A DNA stretch of 64,000 nt from an uncultured Saprospiraceae bacterium (GTDB taxonomy: Bacteria; Bacteroidota; Bacteroidia; Chitinophagales; Saprospiraceae): contig CALMSO010000047.1 of the NCBI GenBank assembly GCA_937872385.1, positions 78,660-142,659 of the forward strand, given 5' to 3'. A model generated the notes under the pieces. It was not told the DNA's origin. It searched no databases and was given only the letters and a program-made list of their open reading frames with translations. Shown one piece after another: positions 1-9,611 of the stretch. The position numbers and the translations under genes were made by a program. Numbering within the stretch: position 1 is the first letter of the stretch; each line of letters begins with the position of its first letter.

Positions 1-915
1 CCCGGTGGCAAACCCAAAGCCGACGATACCAACCGGCCCGAGCGCGCCGAGCCTGCCCAAAAGCGGGTGATTATTTTCAGCCCGCACCCCGACGACGACG
101 TCATTTCGATGGGCGGCACCTTCATTCGCCTGCACGACCAAGGGCACGAGGTACATGTGGCGTATCAAACTTCTGGCAATATTGCTGTTTTTGATGACGA
201 CGTGGTGCGTTTTGCGGATTTTGTCAATGATTTTCACGAAGCCTTTGGTTTACATCGGGAAGTGACGCAATCCTTGTTTGACACGATCCAGGGAAAGCTC
301 AGCGCGAAGCGCCCAGGCGAGGTGGACTCAAAAGAAATACAGAAAATAAAGGGACTCATTCGGCGCGGCGAGGCCAAGGCCGGCTGCCGCTATGTGGGCA
401 TTGCGGAAGAAAATATGCATTTTTTAGATATGCCATTTTATGAAACCGGCCTGGTAAAAAAGAAGCCGCTTAGCGAAACCGACATTCAGATTATTGTGGA
501 TTTGTTGCGAAAAGTGAAGCCCCATCAGGTCTTTGCCGCTGGCGATTTGTCCGATCCGCACGGTACGCACCGGGTATGCCTGAGCGCGATTTTCCAGGCG
601 CTGGAACGCTGCAAAGAAGCAAGCGACGAATGGATAAAGGATTGCTGGCTTTGGCTGTACCGGGGTGCCTGGCAAGAATGGGACATTGACGATATAGACA
701 TGGCGGTGCCGCTCAGCCCGGAAGAATTGTTGCGCAAACGCCGCGCCATCTTCAAGCACCAGTCGCAGAAAGACCGGCCACTGTTTCCGGGGCATGATTC
801 GCGGGAATTCTGGCAACGCGCCGAAGAGCGCAACCGAGGCACGGCGCGCATTTATGACGAATTGGGCTTGGCTGAATACGAAGCCATTGAAGCGTTCAAA
901 AGGCATTATTATTAG
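1..915 (+). CDS. nagB: LmbE/PIG-L-like deacetylase domain, probably the C-terminal half of a long-form glucosamine-6-phosphate deaminase (5' partial, continues upstream of window)
   Basis: The frame is open from nt 1 with no stop. PIG-L motifs SPHPDDDVISMGG and AGDLSDPHGTHRV are present. Stop is TAG at 913-915. Confidence 0.55.
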   Translation, partial: PGGKPKADDTNRPERAEPAQKRVIIFSPHPDDDVISMGGTFIRLHDQGHEVHVAYQTSGNIAVFDDDVVRFADFVNDFHEAFGLHREVTQSLFDTIQGKLSAKRPGEVDSKEIQKIKGLIRRGEAKAGCRYVGIAEENMHFLDMPFYETGLVKKKPLSETDIQIIVDLLRKVKPHQVFAAGDLSDPHGTHRVCLSAIFQALERCKEASDEWIKDCWLWLYRGAWQEWDIDDIDMAVPLSPEELLRKRRAIFKHQSQKDRPLFPGHDSREFWQRAEERNRGTARIYDELGLAEYEAIEAFKRHYY

Positions 916-919
916 AATG

Positions 920-947
920 GCTATTCGCAATTAGCTATTCGCAATTG
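920..947 (-). repeat. heptamer array (family C on the minus strand)
   Basis: The plus strand reads GCTATTC GCAATTA GCTATTC GCAATTG, which on the minus strand is GCGAATAGC-type. It starts 5 nt after the stop at 915. Confidence 0.75.
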
Positions 948-1013
948 TCCAGATAAGTACCGAAAGATTGTACTCTATTATGAAACTAATTATCTAACCT
1001 AATTAAGCGACTT

Positions 1014-4000
1014 ATGACTTACACTCACTCAAGCCGACGGTTGTTGCTGCTTGTATTGCTGGCAATGACCACTACTATCGCTTTCGCACAAAGGATCAGT
1101 TTCTCCATTAAAGGAACTGTGACCGACGACACCGGCACGCCGCTAATCGGGGTAACCGTGTTGCTGTTGGAACCCAGGTTAGGAACTGTAACCGATGCAA
1201 ATGGCTACTACGACCTCTCCGACGCCGTTGCCGAAGGCACCTACACCTTGCAGGTAAGCTACGTAGGCTACGGCAGCTACAATGAAAGAGTAGCGATTAA
1301 CGCTGCTACTACCAACTTGTTGAAAGACATTCGATTAGGACTTGACATTCTCGAACTCGACCAGATTGTAGTCACTGGCAATACCGCTACTTCTACCCGC
1401 CGCCAATTGGGCAACGCCATCGGCGTAGTAGGGGGTGAAAAACTGCAAAATGCCGGTACCACGAACACGCTCGCCGCCCTCAGCGGCAAAGTAATGGGCG
1501 CACAAATCACCCAAAATGACGGCTACCCGGCCGGAGGCATCTCGGTGCGGCTACGCGGCCCCAGCTCTATCAAAGGCTCAAGCGACCCGCTCTACATCGT
1601 GGACGGAGTAATCGTGGACAACAGCTCCACCAACGTCATCAACCTTAGCGCCGACGCCATGACGACTGGCCTGCAAGGCGGCCAAAACCGTTTAGTGGAC
1701 ATCAACCCCAACGACATCGAGCGCATCGAAGTGCTCAATGGTGCGGCGGCAGCGGCCATCTATGGCTCGCGGGCTTCCAACGGGGTGGTGCAAATTTTTA
1801 CCAAACGCGGCAAATCAGGCAAGCCAACTATTGAATTTAGCACTTCGGCTACGCACAGTTCGCTGCGCAATCGCGTGTTTCTGACCCAGCATCCGGAGCG
1901 TTTCGGCGTGCCCGGCAACGACCGCCTCGAACTGGCACAAGACCGGCTCACCATCTTGCTACACCTCGGACCCTCGGAGGCGGTATTGCAACAACAGGGA
2001 GTAAATTTTGCAAAAGTGGGGCCCGTCAACCGTTTGCTCATTACAGACAAATACCCAGTACAACGCTATGATTATCAAGATGACATATTCACTGGTGCTT
2101 GGGGTACGGACAATCACCTCTCCGTATCAGGTGGCAACGACAAAACGAACTACTTCGCGTCTTTTGGTTATTTCAACAACGACGGTATTATCAAAAACAC
2201 CAATTTTACCAAATACACCGGGCGCTTGCGCCTGAATCAGACCCTTGCTAACTGGGCTTCCATGTCGGTAGGCTTGTCGTACAATTACAGCGCCAGCCAA
2301 GATATGCCCAATGGCAACAACTTTTTCAGCCCGATCAGTACCATGTTCATCATTGACAATGTCTGGAACCTGAACGACCGCGATGCCGGCGGCAACCTCC
2401 GCCAGGTAGAACAGGTGCGGGTCAATCCGCTTTCGGTGCTCGAGACATTCGACCTGACGCAACGCACCAACCGTACCATCAGCGACATTCAGTTCAACCT
2501 GTACCCCGTTCAAGGTTTGAATATCAATGCAATATTCGGTGTGGACAACTACTCGCTGGTGGGCAACGAATTTCGCCCGCGCCTGCCCTATCCGGATGTA
2601 GCTGCAGGCTTCTTCCCCGATGGCTACATTGGCTATGCTACTAATAATGTAACCTTGCTCAACCATGACCTGACCGCCACTTACAATCGTACCCTGAACG
2701 AGAAAATCAGCTCGACCACTACGGCTGGCTATCAGATACAATATGACCGAAATCACTTTACCTCGCAAGAAGGACGCGACCTGGCACCTTTTGTACAAAC
2801 CATTTCGGCGGCAGCCAACCTCTTTACACTGCCTCGGCAAAGCATCGCAGAGCGCAGCATCTGGGGGTATTTCCTACAACAGACTTTCAGCTACAACGAG
2901 CAGCTTTTCGTGACCTTAGCCGGTCGTGTTGACGGCTCCTCAGCTTTTTCGGCTGACAACCAGAATATTTTCTACCCCAAAGCCAGCTTCAGCTACGTAC
3001 TGTCGGATTACTGGAAAGGTACCGCCTTGCAAAAGTCCCTCGGAACGCTCAAAGTGCGCGCTTCGTACGGGCAGGCGGGCAACCTCACCGGTATCGGGCC
3101 TTTCGATCGCTTCGACAACTTCCTGCTGAGCCAGCTCACGGGGCTGCCCTCGATTGCACCTTCGCGCCTGCTGGCCAACCCAGACGTGCGGCCGGAAATC
3201 ATGACCGAGTTTGAGGCAGGTGCCGATATGTCTTTCCTCAACAGCCGCGTGGGTCTGAATGTAACCTATTACAATCAGAAAATAGATGATTTGCTGCTCG
3301 ATCGCCAGTTGCCCCCAACCGTGGGTGGCTCCAGTATTGTAACCAACGTGGGTAGCATGACCAACAATGGTATCGAACTGATGCTGCAAGTAGCTCCGAT
3401 ACGTACCAAAGACCTCGGCTGGGACTTGACGGCGCTCTGGTCGCGCAACCGAAATGAAGTGTCTGGCATTGACGGCGTACTGTTCCTGCGGGGTAGCGAC
3501 GGCACACAAGCGGCTATCAGCGGCGAGCAATTTGGTCTTTTCTTCGGACGGTACTACGCTCGTAATAACGCAGGCAACCTGTTGCTCACCGGACAGGGCT
3601 TGGCACAACCCGAACGCGGCCTGATCATTGCAGAAAGCCAGTACAATCCTGCCAATTTGCCGGAAGGCGCCCAACGCGACCGCATCTATCGGGCGGCGGG
3701 CAGCTACTATGTACCGGTACGCGACGCCAACGGACAACCCACGGGCACGGAACTCCTGCGCGTGATTGGCGACCCCAATCCCGACTGGTTTGGCTCGTTC
3801 TCTTCTGATTTGCGATACAAAAAACTGAGCTTCCGCTTCCAGTTTGATGCCTTCTGGGGCGCTGATATTTACAACTGGAACCGCATCACCGGCAACAACG
3901 TAGGGCATGGCAAAATAGCCGAGCAGGAGCTAAAAGGCGAGGTAGCGCGCGGTTATGTCGCTTCAATTGCGGGCGGCGTTACGGGGCAGCGCATCCAGGA

Positions 4001-4253
4001 AGAGCATATTGAAGATGCTTCGTGGATCAAGCTAAGAGAAATTGCGCTAAGCTACAATGTAGGCAACGTCGGTAAAGTATTGCAAAACGTTAATATCAGC
4101 TTGATCGGACGCAACCTGCTCTCTTTCGATAGCTATGAAGGCTTCGATCCAGAGACCAATTCGGCCGGGCAAAACGACCGCGTACGCGGCGATGACTTTG
4201 GCAATGTGCCCATTCCGCGTACCATTCAGTTTAGAATTGGTGCCAAATTCTAG
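1014..4253 (+). CDS. SusC/RagA family TonB-linked outer membrane receptor
   Basis: Signal peptide ends AFAQ. It has a carboxypeptidase-regulatory-like N-domain (IKGTVTDDTGTPLIGVTVLL), a plug motif (IERIEVLNGAAAAAIYGSRASNGVVQIF) and a C-terminal barrel ending RIGAKF. A SusD-like gene follows directly. Confidence 0.9.
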   Translation: MTYTHSSRRLLLLVLLAMTTTIAFAQRISFSIKGTVTDDTGTPLIGVTVLLLEPRLGTVTDANGYYDLSDAVAEGTYTLQVSYVGYGSYNERVAINAATTNLLKDIRLGLDILELDQIVVTGNTATSTRRQLGNAIGVVGGEKLQNAGTTNTLAALSGKVMGAQITQNDGYPAGGISVRLRGPSSIKGSSDPLYIVDGVIVDNSSTNVINLSADAMTTGLQGGQNRLVDINPNDIERIEVLNGAAAAAIYGSRASNGVVQIFTKRGKSGKPTIEFSTSATHSSLRNRVFLTQHPERFGVPGNDRLELAQDRLTILLHLGPSEAVLQQQGVNFAKVGPVNRLLITDKYPVQRYDYQDDIFTGAWGTDNHLSVSGGNDKTNYFASFGYFNNDGIIKNTNFTKYTGRLRLNQTLANWASMSVGLSYNYSASQDMPNGNNFFSPISTMFIIDNVWNLNDRDAGGNLRQVEQVRVNPLSVLETFDLTQRTNRTISDIQFNLYPVQGLNINAIFGVDNYSLVGNEFRPRLPYPDVAAGFFPDGYIGYATNNVTLLNHDLTATYNRTLNEKISSTTTAGYQIQYDRNHFTSQEGRDLAPFVQTISAAANLFTLPRQSIAERSIWGYFLQQTFSYNEQLFVTLAGRVDGSSAFSADNQNIFYPKASFSYVLSDYWKGTALQKSLGTLKVRASYGQAGNLTGIGPFDRFDNFLLSQLTGLPSIAPSRLLANPDVRPEIMTEFEAGADMSFLNSRVGLNVTYYNQKIDDLLLDRQLPPTVGGSSIVTNVGSMTNNGIELMLQVAPIRTKDLGWDLTALWSRNRNEVSGIDGVLFLRGSDGTQAAISGEQFGLFFGRYYARNNAGNLLLTGQGLAQPERGLIIAESQYNPANLPEGAQRDRIYRAAGSYYVPVRDANGQPTGTELLRVIGDPNPDWFGSFSSDLRYKKLSFRFQFDAFWGADIYNWNRITGNNVGHGKIAEQELKGEVARGYVASIAGGVTGQRIQEEHIEDASWIKLREIALSYNVGNVGKVLQNVNISLIGRNLLSFDSYEGFDPETNSAGQNDRVRGDDFGNVPIPRTIQFRIGAKF

Positions 4254-4349
4254 GAAATTGTGGATAGTGCGTTGTTCCATTATTAGAACAATAGCCATTC
4301 CCGGCACCGAGCGTTTTGCATTTATTTCAAAAATTTCAATTGGAAAATC

Positions 4350-5660
4350 ATGAAAAAAATAATTATCATCGCAATGATTCCCCTGCTATTTTTGCTGGGC
4401 AGTTGCGAAAGAGAATACCTCAACCCCAATGCCGCTACCAAGCAAGAAGTGATCAACAGCGTGGAAGGGCTGCTGGCTATGGTAGTTGGTCTGAAGCGGG
4501 AATATTCGGTAGGTGCTACCGGTGCATTGTACAATGTGGTATCTGCTAATGGACTGACCACCAATGAGTTATTTGTTATCAATACCGGTAACGGCGAGTT
4601 AGCCGCCCTGGAAGCAGGTTTCGCCACCTTAGGCAATGCCAACGCTTTTCTCAATAACATCTGGACCAGCCTGAACTTGGTGCGCGTAAATTCGCAGTTG
4701 ATTATTGACAATGCCCGCAACATCCCCGACCCTGGCACAGCCACGGGCGTAGTGGTGTATGGGCACGTTTTCAAGGCGTTGGCCATTGGCACTATGGCTC
4801 AGTTTTGGGAGCAAGTACCCACCGAGGTGATTAGCTCTGCTGACTTTTTAGCCGGGCGCAACGTCACTTTCAAAGCACGCACCGCAGCCCTCGAAGAGGC
4901 CGTTCAACTGCTGGAGGCTGCCGCCGGTGAGCTTGCCAAAACTCCCATTTCGAGCTTTTTCACTTCCAAAGTAGGTGCCGATATCAATATTGGCAATACC
5001 ACGCAGGCGCTGTTGGCTCGTTATTACATGATGCTGGGCAACGCCGATAAAGCCTTAGAGGCTGCCAACCGCGTGGACCTGAGCAGCCGCTCGGTGTTCC
5101 GTTATGAAACCATCAACCAGAATCCGGTATTCCGGACTTCTTTGGTGAACAACAACACCTACAACGGTGTCCATAATTTCGGGCTGACCGGCGCGCTGGC
5201 TCCCAACCCGGCTGACGGGCGCATTCCTTTTTATTTGGGCGACAACCCATTGAGCAACGTGCGGGTGCAGGGTTTTTTCAAAAGCGACCCCGACCCCATA
5301 CCTGTGTACCTGCCCGGAGAGGTCATTCTGATCAAGGCTGAGGCCCAAGCGCGGAGAAATCAATTGCCACAAGCGATTCAAGAGTTGAATCGGGTACTGA
5401 CCAAAACAGACGATATTTTCGGGGTGAACGCCAACTTACCTGCCTATAGCGGCCCGCAAACGCAGGAAGCGGTTTTGCAGGAAATTTATCGCAATCGTTG
5501 CATTGAGTTGTACATGACTGGGCTGAAATTAGAAGATAGTCGTCGTTTTGGACGCCCTGGCCCCACCGCTACGACTCCAGAGCGCAACCGCAATTTCTAC
5601 CCGTATCCCTTGCGCGAGCGCACTAACAATCCGAATACCCCGGCCGACCCGGCAAATTGA
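4350..5660 (+). CDS. SusD/RagB family nutrient-binding outer membrane lipoprotein
   Basis: Lipoprotein signal LLFLLGSCERE and SusD-like C-terminal region (IYRNRCIELYMTGLKLEDSRRF). It lies immediately downstream of SusC. Confidence 0.85.
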   Translation: MKKIIIIAMIPLLFLLGSCEREYLNPNAATKQEVINSVEGLLAMVVGLKREYSVGATGALYNVVSANGLTTNELFVINTGNGELAALEAGFATLGNANAFLNNIWTSLNLVRVNSQLIIDNARNIPDPGTATGVVVYGHVFKALAIGTMAQFWEQVPTEVISSADFLAGRNVTFKARTAALEEAVQLLEAAAGELAKTPISSFFTSKVGADINIGNTTQALLARYYMMLGNADKALEAANRVDLSSRSVFRYETINQNPVFRTSLVNNNTYNGVHNFGLTGALAPNPADGRIPFYLGDNPLSNVRVQGFFKSDPDPIPVYLPGEVILIKAEAQARRNQLPQAIQELNRVLTKTDDIFGVNANLPAYSGPQTQEAVLQEIYRNRCIELYMTGLKLEDSRRFGRPGPTATTPERNRNFYPYPLRERTNNPNTPADPAN

Positions 5661-5704
5661 TATTCGGCATCAATAAAGCTACTATTTCACACACATATTT
5701 TTGG

Positions 5705-5739
5705 TCTCCTCGTCTTTTTCAGGCGGGGAGATTTTTTTT
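5705..5739 (+). terminator. Rho-independent terminator after the SusD gene
   Basis: Stem TCTCCTC (5705-5711) pairs with GGGGAGA (5725-5731) with one mismatch, followed by T8 (5732-5739). Confidence 0.6.
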
Positions 5740-5814
5740 GCTAAATACCCTGCAAAAGAAGTAGCCTTGCTATCTTGTGCGACCAGCCGTAGCATCACCC
5801 AAAACGGATTATGC

Positions 5815-6762
5815 ATGAACAATGTTGATACACGCATAGCGCGCCTGTGGTTTGGTTTGCGCAATAATTTGTCTTGGCGGCCAGCACCCAATGTTCGGCT
5901 TTCGTCCCGAACGGTTTTTCGCTTCGTGCAAATAGCCACTATCGCCGTGTTCGTCGGGCGGGCTTGGCAGCACTTGTATTGGGACGCACCTTACCGGGCG
6001 TTGCTCTGGGACGAAAACTGGCTTCGCCCTTTAGTAGAAGGTGTTTTGGGTGGCGATTGGGGTGTATATGTGCGCACTTCTGAGCAAGGCATCGAGCGCT
6101 GGATACGCGGCACAGGCATTTTGTATCTACTATGTGCCCTGGCGGCGGCTGTCGGAGCACAACGCTGGCGGAAACCAGTTGTGGCATTGTTAGCCATAGG
6201 CGCAGCCAATCTGCTATTGCTTGCAGCATTGTACTACAAAGAGCACTTCTGGCAGGCTGGGCAATTGATTGAATATACGCTGCAATGGGGAAGTCCTGTT
6301 TTTCTCATCCTGCTGTTGCAAACGAAGCCTCCCGTAGAGCAACTTATACGCTGGATGCGCATAGCTACTGCGCTTACTTTTGTAGGGCACGGCCTGTATG
6401 CGTTTGGTTATTATCCGCGTCCGGTATTGTTTGTAGAAATGACGATGTCCATTTTACAAGTTTCTGATGTAGGAGCGGCTGGGTTTCTGCAAATAGTCGG
6501 CATCCTCGATTTTGTAGCAGCCCTATTGCTTTTTGTCCCCGGCAAACTGGGGCGAGTAGCCCTACTCTACTGCGTTATCTGGGGTTTTCTGACTTCTGTT
6601 GCGCGCCTGTGGGCACATTTTCACCCTGCTTTTCTCGACAATTTGCTATTGCAATGGCTGCACGAAGCGGTGATGCGTAGCCCACATTTTCTAATACCGG
6701 CCGCTATCTGGTACGCGCAGCGAGCCGCCACAGTTTCGCCCGAAGAACTGGACGCAGGTTGA
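5815..6762 (+). CDS. multi-pass integral membrane protein, function unknown
   Basis: The ORF has several hydrophobic helices (LYLLCALAAAVGA, LLAIGAANLLLLAALYY, VFLILLL, ILDFVAALLLFVP). I chose the ATG at 5815 because the track start at 5701 overlaps the terminator hairpin. Confidence 0.5.
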   Translation: MNNVDTRIARLWFGLRNNLSWRPAPNVRLSSRTVFRFVQIATIAVFVGRAWQHLYWDAPYRALLWDENWLRPLVEGVLGGDWGVYVRTSEQGIERWIRGTGILYLLCALAAAVGAQRWRKPVVALLAIGAANLLLLAALYYKEHFWQAGQLIEYTLQWGSPVFLILLLQTKPPVEQLIRWMRIATALTFVGHGLYAFGYYPRPVLFVEMTMSILQVSDVGAAGFLQIVGILDFVAALLLFVPGKLGRVALLYCVIWGFLTSVARLWAHFHPAFLDNLLLQWLHEAVMRSPHFLIPAAIWYAQRAATVSPEELDAG

Positions 6763-6860
6763 GGTGTATTAAAGGTTGAATTAAAATACCCAATTAACTG
6801 ATAGTCAGTTTATTAAAATGCACTTTTTTCGATTATAAAACCCTTAAAATAACTGCTCAT

Positions 6861-7814
6861 TCAGCATCCAGCGTGCTGATAATACTCCTGCAAATGCCAT
6901 AGCATCTCCTGCGTCATCTGGTCGAGGTCGTAGGCCGGATGCCAGTGCCAGTCGTTGCGAGCGGCGCTGTCGTCAATGCTTGCGGGCCATGACTCAGCGA
7001 TAGCTTGCCGGAAATCGGGTTGGTAGCTTATTTGAAAATCGGGTATCTGCTTGCGAATGGAATCTGCTATTTCGGAAGGCGTAAAGCTCATGCTAGCGAT
7101 ATTGTAGCTGGTGCGGATTTTCACTTGCTCAGCCGGAGCCTGCATCAGCTCGATGGTAGCGCGAATGGCGTCATTCATGTACATCATGGGCAGCGTGGTA
7201 TCTGCCTTTAGAAAGCATTCAAACGGGAGGCCCTGCACCGCCTTGTGATAAATATCCACTGCATAATCAGTGGTGCCACCGCCGGGCAATGACTGATACC
7301 CAATGATGCCAGGATAGCGCACCGAGCGCGTATCGAGCTGGTATTTTTGGTGATAATAATTGCACCAATGCTCGCCAGCTACCTTGCTAATGCCATAGAC
7401 GGTTTGGGGCTGTAGCACCGCATGCTGGGGCGTTTTGTATTTGGGCGATTCGCCGCCAAAAACGGCAATAGAACTCGGAAAAAAGATCCGACAATGATGC
7501 ATTTTCGCTACTTCTAGCACCTGAAACAGCCCCTGCATATTGATGTCCCAAGCCCATTTGGGGTTTTGCTCGCCTTTGGCCGAGAGTATAGCCGCCAAAT
7601 GATAAATATCCTGTATTTGATGCTTTGCTACAAGGTCGTTTAGGCGCTCGCCGTCCAGTACATCAAGCGTTTCAAACCAGCCGCTCGCCTGTTCGGGTGC
7701 GTGCAGGTCAGTAGCCAATACCCGCGTATCGCCAAAATGCGCGCGCAGCGTTTCGGTTAGCACAGTTCCGATTTGGCCATTGGCCCCGATGACTAAGATG
7801 TTTTCTTTTTTCAT
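6861..7814 (-). CDS. tdh: NAD-dependent epimerase/dehydratase-fold L-threonine 3-dehydrogenase
   Basis: Rossmann motif ILVIGANGQIG, catalytic YGISKVAGE, and LPMMYMNDAIRATIELMQAP typical of epimerase-like TDH. Start taken at MKKENILVIG. Confidence 0.6.
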   Translation of the reverse strand: MKKENILVIGANGQIGTVLTETLRAHFGDTRVLATDLHAPEQASGWFETLDVLDGERLNDLVAKHQIQDIYHLAAILSAKGEQNPKWAWDINMQGLFQVLEVAKMHHCRIFFPSSIAVFGGESPKYKTPQHAVLQPQTVYGISKVAGEHWCNYYHQKYQLDTRSVRYPGIIGYQSLPGGGTTDYAVDIYHKAVQGLPFECFLKADTTLPMMYMNDAIRATIELMQAPAEQVKIRTSYNIASMSFTPSEIADSIRKQIPDFQISYQPDFRQAIAESWPASIDDSAARNDWHWHPAYDLDQMTQEMLWHLQEYYQHAGC

Positions 7815-8025
7815 AACCGCGAATTCGTACGAAATTTTCGGCAAAATTACAAAAAGGATGGAAAGCTAACCGTTTTTTAGAACTTACATTGCCAATAAGC
7901 AAAGCGCCGATAACAGCTTTCTAACATAGAAATACATCTTTCTTTGGCTTTGGATACTGTTTTTTTACAAATGGGCGTTACTCCGGAAAGATTTTATCGT
8001 CTAATACAACAAAACGACAACCAGA

Positions 8026-9561
8026 ATGAAAATACAAACGCTTACACTTTTTTTGTGTTGCCTGCTGGCCGTGGGCTACGCCCAGGAGTCGGATTCGCGG
8101 CATTCTATCGGAGCGAAGTTGCTCTTTATTGACTACGGGCGGCCCAATTCGATAGATACCCTGAGTATCACCAATGGTTTGGAGCTGATGTACAGTTACC
8201 GTATCAATGATTTAATCAGCGTTGCCGTGCCGCTCAAGGTCGGCGTCGCCAATGTAATGGGCGATATCAACAACCGCAATGTGACCAGCATAGACGGTGT
8301 GCTGCATTTCAATTTTCTGAAACCGAGTAGCCCGGTAATTCCTTACATCTTTGGTGGGGCAGGTATTGTAGCCGAGCGCGATGCGGGTTCCAACCTGCAA
8401 ATTCCCGGCGGCTTAGGTGCGCACTTTCGCGTAGCTGGCAATTCCTATATCAATGTGCAGGGCGAATTTCGCTATTCGATGCAGGAAGATCGCAACAACG
8501 CTCAATTGGGCGTAGGCTACATTTATCGCCTTGGCAAACAAAAAGATAGCGACGGCGACGGCATCCCTGATGCATTAGACGAGTGCCCCAACGAACCGGG
8601 GCCTAAGGCCACCAATGGCTGCCCCGACCGCGATGGCGACGGCGTGCCGGATAAGGACGATCGCTGCCCCGACCAGCCCGGCCCAGCGGCTACTAACGGC
8701 TGCCCGGATACGGATGGGGACGGTTTCCCCGATCACCTCGACGAGTGCCCGACCATACCTGGCACCTTACGCGGCTGCCCCGATAGCGATGGCGACGGCA
8801 TTCCGGACAAAGACGACCAGTGCCCAGATGAGCCGGGTCCCGCTGCTACCAAAGGTTGCCCCGACCGCGATGGCGACGGTGTGCCCGATCGTTTTGATGA
8901 TTGTCCGGACGAACCCGGCCCCGCTGCCAACAATGGCTGTCCGGTAGCCGACCGCGATAACGACGGTATTCCCGATATCAATGACCGCTGCCCCGACGAG
9001 CCAGGCCCGGCAGCAACCCAGGGCTGCCCCGACCGCGATGGCGATGGCGTACCAGATATTGACGACCGCTGCCCCGATACGCCTGGCCCAGCAGAAACCC
9101 GCGGCTGCCCCGATAGCGATGGCGATGGCGTACCCGATGATATAGACCTCTGTCCGGATGAACCCGGCTTGGCCAGCAATAAAGGCTGCCCAGAACTAAA
9201 AGCCGAGGTAAAAGAAGTGCTGGAATTTGCGATGCGAGCCGTGCAATTTGAAACTGGACGCGCTACCCTCAAGGCAGAATCTTATCCAGTACTCGACCAG
9301 ATTATCCAGATTATGCGGCAATACCCTGTGTATGCACTGCGTATTTCCGGGCATACCGACAATGTAGGCGCTGACAGTCGTAACCAAATTTTGTCCGAGC
9401 AACGCGCTAAAGCTTGTTATGAATACCTCGCTTCCTCTGGCATTGTTGCCGACCGGATGAGTTTTGCTGGCTTTGGTCGTACGCGTCCTATTGCTGATAA
9501 TAACACTACGGAAGGACGTCGCCTCAATCGGCGCGTGGAGTTTGAACTGTATATAAAGTAA
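8026..9561 (+). CDS. OmpA family outer membrane protein with thrombospondin type 3 repeats
   Basis: It has a signal peptide, an N-terminal beta-barrel-like region, eight DxDGDGxPDxxDxCPdePGP repeats and a C-terminal OmpA domain (ISGHTDNVGADSRNQILSEQRAKA, NRRVEFEL). Confidence 0.9.
   Translation: MKIQTLTLFLCCLLAVGYAQESDSRHSIGAKLLFIDYGRPNSIDTLSITNGLELMYSYRINDLISVAVPLKVGVANVMGDINNRNVTSIDGVLHFNFLKPSSPVIPYIFGGAGIVAERDAGSNLQIPGGLGAHFRVAGNSYINVQGEFRYSMQEDRNNAQLGVGYIYRLGKQKDSDGDGIPDALDECPNEPGPKATNGCPDRDGDGVPDKDDRCPDQPGPAATNGCPDTDGDGFPDHLDECPTIPGTLRGCPDSDGDGIPDKDDQCPDEPGPAATKGCPDRDGDGVPDRFDDCPDEPGPAANNGCPVADRDNDGIPDINDRCPDEPGPAATQGCPDRDGDGVPDIDDRCPDTPGPAETRGCPDSDGDGVPDDIDLCPDEPGLASNKGCPELKAEVKEVLEFAMRAVQFETGRATLKAESYPVLDQIIQIMRQYPVYALRISGHTDNVGADSRNQILSEQRAKACYEYLASSGIVADRMSFAGFGRTRPIADNNTTEGRRLNRRVEFELYIK
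8551..9181 (+). repeat. in-frame coding repeats (8 thrombospondin type 3-like calcium-binding units of about 25 aa) inside the OmpA gene
   Basis: DSDGDGIPD, DRDGDGVPD, DTDGDGFPD, DSDGDGIPD, DRDGDGVPD, DRDNDGIPD, DRDGDGVPD and DSDGDGVPD, each followed by a CPDEPGP-type segment. Confidence 0.85.
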
Positions 9562-9572
9562 AAACACCATAC

Positions 9573-9611
9573 AAAATGACCGGCGGGCTAAGAAACGCGT
9601 CGGTCATTTTT
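9573..9611. terminator. bidirectional hairpin terminator between the convergent ompA-like and purE genes
   Basis: AAAATGACCGGCG (9573-9585) pairs with CGCGTCGGTCATTTT (9596-9610). An A-run lies upstream and a T-run downstream. The purE stop codon sits in the loop. Confidence 0.55.

Noticed and set aside
2940-3908. Long antisense or overlapping ORFs inside real genes, for example 2940-3908(-), 2127-2840(-), 9730-10431(+), 28669-29325(-), 39491-40084(-), 54768-55496(+) and 46352-46924(-).
   Set aside because: Each lies fully inside a gene with strong family motifs on the other strand or frame. Their products are Arg/Ala/Gly-rich with no motifs.
5701-5814. N-terminal extensions offered by the ORF track (5701, 7844, 16105, 21338, 24270, 33603, 36684, 46220, 50993, 52073, 56141).
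   Set aside because: The extensions overlap terminators or neighbouring genes, or lack similarity to the family N-terminus. Internal ATG codons give canonical N-termini or signal peptides.
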